A stretch of DNA of 37,204 nt. Origin: a virus. Positions 35,033-37,204 of this stretch are shown here, in pieces. Within the stretch, counting starts at the first letter, position 1. Every line of letters begins with the position of its first letter. Made by a program: the position numbers and the translations under genes. The notes beneath the pieces were generated by a model. The model saw nothing but the letters and a program-made list of their open reading frames with translations. It had not been told where the DNA came from and did no database searches. The stretch lies in the UHGV virus genome UHGV-0014568. One strand, given 5' to 3'.

Positions 35033-36835
35033 TTAACCTCTCAAGAAACACGCCACAGCGACATCAAACAGGCTGGAATCCTGTATTGCCTGCTCACTTT
35101 CCCTGTTCGCTTCATCCAGTACTTCACGCGCGCTGCGCGATTGTGGATTACCATCATCATCCAGCACGGTTATTATCATGTCCGGTGATTCAAGCAGCGA
35201 GTCTTCAGCTATGCGCAGATCAATATCTCCTGCCGGATCTGCCATCATCTTTTGTTCTGCCTGTTGCAATATCTTACCTGGCTCAAAAGGAGCTACTTCG
35301 TCTGGCGTCCTGACCTCTGCTGTTTTATAGAATGAAACAGCCTGAGCATTAAGTTCACTCTCAGCCTGCTGTCGCCGTGCCAGTTCTGCTCGAGCTTCAA
35401 AAAACTGACCGCCAGGCTCGTGCGGTGCCAACGCGTTACGGGAAAATTCCAGGCGTTCTTGTGCCTGCCGGATTCGTTGATCAATATCGCGAAGTCTGGC
35501 CTGTTTATCTGATCGAGCACGAGACAAAGCTTTACCGCTACCGGTTGGATCTTCTGCAAGAATTTGTGCACGCTGTTCAGTGAGATTTTCAATAATTCGT
35601 TGGCTATTAGCGATTTCAGACTGGTAAACCTGTCTATCTCCACGCGGCAAAAGCTGCGCGGCCTGTTCTTCAAGCAACCGATTTTCTATAGCGCGCGCCG
35701 TTACTCCATCATCTACAGATGACAGAGCCTCATTAACTGCCTGAGACAGCAGACTCTTGCGCCCAGGAATTTCACTGAAAGATGCAGACTCAACAATGCT
35801 GGCAACGTCTACAGGTCTCCCTTGGCTAACATCAGACATAGCTTTTCGCAGAGCCTGAATGTGAGAATTGCGCGAAAGCACGTTGATCGGCACGCCGGGC
35901 GCAATATCAATTTCAGCATGATGAGCGGCATTCGCCGCCAGTGCAGCATCGATATCAACTGGTGAAAAATTTGGTGCGTTTGTAGACTCGCCGCGAGAGT
36001 TAATAAATCTGCCGACACCACCAAACGCCACCCCAAGAACAGCATCAATAGCAATTGCCTGTCGATCCAACACATCATACTGGTTAGCCATTTCGCTATA
36101 GCCACCATCACGAAGCGTTTTTGCAGTAAGCCCACGCTGTGCCATACCGAACGCAATATTTGTACCTGCGGCATAGGCAATATCTGGCGTTGCACGTACT
36201 GCTGTTGCTGCGGCGCGTCGCACTGAACTCTCACCCGTCCGCGCAAGCTGAGCCGCCACACCTTCCGCCAGCGCACCACCAGCACGTAACCCGAGGCTCA
36301 TAGGGATCAGTGTTCCGGCACCAGCAGCAATGCCCTGCACTAATCCCGCTTCCTGCGCCGTCCTGAAATCAACACCCTGTGCTGTCAGCCGTTCAAACTC
36401 AGAAAAACCCTGTAGCGAAGTTACCGCCGCTGCACCTCCGACAGGACCACCGAGCGTTGTACCGACAACAGCCTGCCCGCCCATATCGAACAACCCATAA
36501 AGAACCTGCCCGGCGGTTCCGGTTGTCGCGGCATCAGGCGTCAGCCGCTTAACCTGCTGCTCTGCTAGTTTTCTCTGCTCAGCAATGTATGAAACTGAAG
36601 TGTCATTGAGCGAGGTGTTTTCGTTAACAAACTGAGCAATCGGGGATACGATTTTATCCATCCCTGCCCATAGCAACTGATCTGGCTTTGCCACCAGCCC
36701 GGAGTACAAACCAGACAATGCCGCTCCTACAGCGTTGTCGAAAAAACCAACATCGCTGTTAAAGCCAGCTGGATTTGATGCTGCTTCGTCAAGCTGCTGA
36801 TTCTGGTTTACTGGATTAAGGCCAAAGTAACTCAT
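35033..36835 (-). CDS. Gly/Ala-rich internal virion (ejection) protein
   Basis: 600-aa ORF with a Gly/Ala-rich hydrophobic N-half and a charged coiled-coil C-half. Confidence 0.45.
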   Translation of the reverse strand: MSYFGLNPVNQNQQLDEAASNPAGFNSDVGFFDNAVGAALSGLYSGLVAKPDQLLWAGMDKIVSPIAQFVNENTSLNDTSVSYIAEQRKLAEQQVKRLTPDAATTGTAGQVLYGLFDMGGQAVVGTTLGGPVGGAAAVTSLQGFSEFERLTAQGVDFRTAQEAGLVQGIAAGAGTLIPMSLGLRAGGALAEGVAAQLARTGESSVRRAAATAVRATPDIAYAAGTNIAFGMAQRGLTAKTLRDGGYSEMANQYDVLDRQAIAIDAVLGVAFGGVGRFINSRGESTNAPNFSPVDIDAALAANAAHHAEIDIAPGVPINVLSRNSHIQALRKAMSDVSQGRPVDVASIVESASFSEIPGRKSLLSQAVNEALSSVDDGVTARAIENRLLEEQAAQLLPRGDRQVYQSEIANSQRIIENLTEQRAQILAEDPTGSGKALSRARSDKQARLRDIDQRIRQAQERLEFSRNALAPHEPGGQFFEARAELARRQQAESELNAQAVSFYKTAEVRTPDEVAPFEPGKILQQAEQKMMADPAGDIDLRIAEDSLLESPDMIITVLDDDGNPQSRSAREVLDEANRESEQAIQDSSLFDVAVACFLRG

Positions 36836-37179
36836 TGCGGAATATCTCCGGAGAATCTCTGACGCTTCTGTGTCAGATTAAGAACAACGGGAGAACCATC
36901 ATCTTTCAGCAGATAACCAGTACCAAGTTTCACCAGGTACTGACTATCGCCGTAACTTTGCAAACCATACTGACCAGGCGGTGTTTTTATCCCGGAGCCG
37001 ACAACTTGTTCATTCCAAGCCTGATTAACCTGCTTATCGAATTGCTCTGCAGACATTCCCCACGGCAAAAGGACATTCCCCATTCCGTTATAGTCATGCA
37101 CGCCACCTGTAGCTACGTTAACAGCCTGTTTCCAGACATCATTGTCAATTTCGCCTGATACCACGCCTTTTTTCGCCAT
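36832..37179 (-). CDS. Small virion-associated protein
   Basis: About 115 aa from ATG 37179 (GTG at 37182 also possible) with AAGGA RBS; stop overlaps the next gene start. Confidence 0.35.
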   Translation of the reverse strand: MAKKGVVSGEIDNDVWKQAVNVATGGVHDYNGMGNVLLPWGMSAEQFDKQVNQAWNEQVVGSGIKTPPGQYGLQSYGDSQYLVKLGTGYLLKDDGSPVVLNLTQKRQRFSGDIPQ

Positions 37180-37204
37180 CACACCAGCGTAATAATCCTT
37201 TGCG

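Overview
The window is almost entirely one temperate podovirus-type phage genome, read by eye from the sequence and the ORF track. Most genes lie on the minus strand as one long leftward series: Cro-like regulator, lambda O/P-like replication genes with in-gene iterons, a nin-like block of small genes, HNH endonuclease, terS, terL, T7-type portal, scaffold, major capsid, tail-tube-like and internal virion proteins. A second minus-strand block at the right end (internal virion proteins, tailspike with an SGNH esterase domain, holin, GH19 endolysin, Rz with embedded Rz1, P4-family integrase) would follow the left end on a circular map, and an attP-like repeat region beside int suggests a non-integrated or circularly permuted genome. 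The plus strand carries a CI-position repressor with two HTH domains and no peptidase domain, a leftward-operon equivalent (RecE-like exonuclease, RecT, AlpA-like, MT-A70 methyltransferase), a tRNA-Arg(UCU) plus small-protein cassette between terL and portal, and a small gene behind a near-consensus LexA box next to the tailspike. The overall layout resembles epsilon15-like enterobacterial phages, but that is recollection, not a search result. The most interesting signals are the LexA-controlled candidate antirepressor paired with a non-cleavable repressor, a TTACC-N5-GGTAA operator-like palindrome dispersed at seven or more loci, and a 12-bp palindrome GTGACATGTCAC present three times at gene junctions. 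All product calls rest on remembered motifs and gene order; no database search was run.
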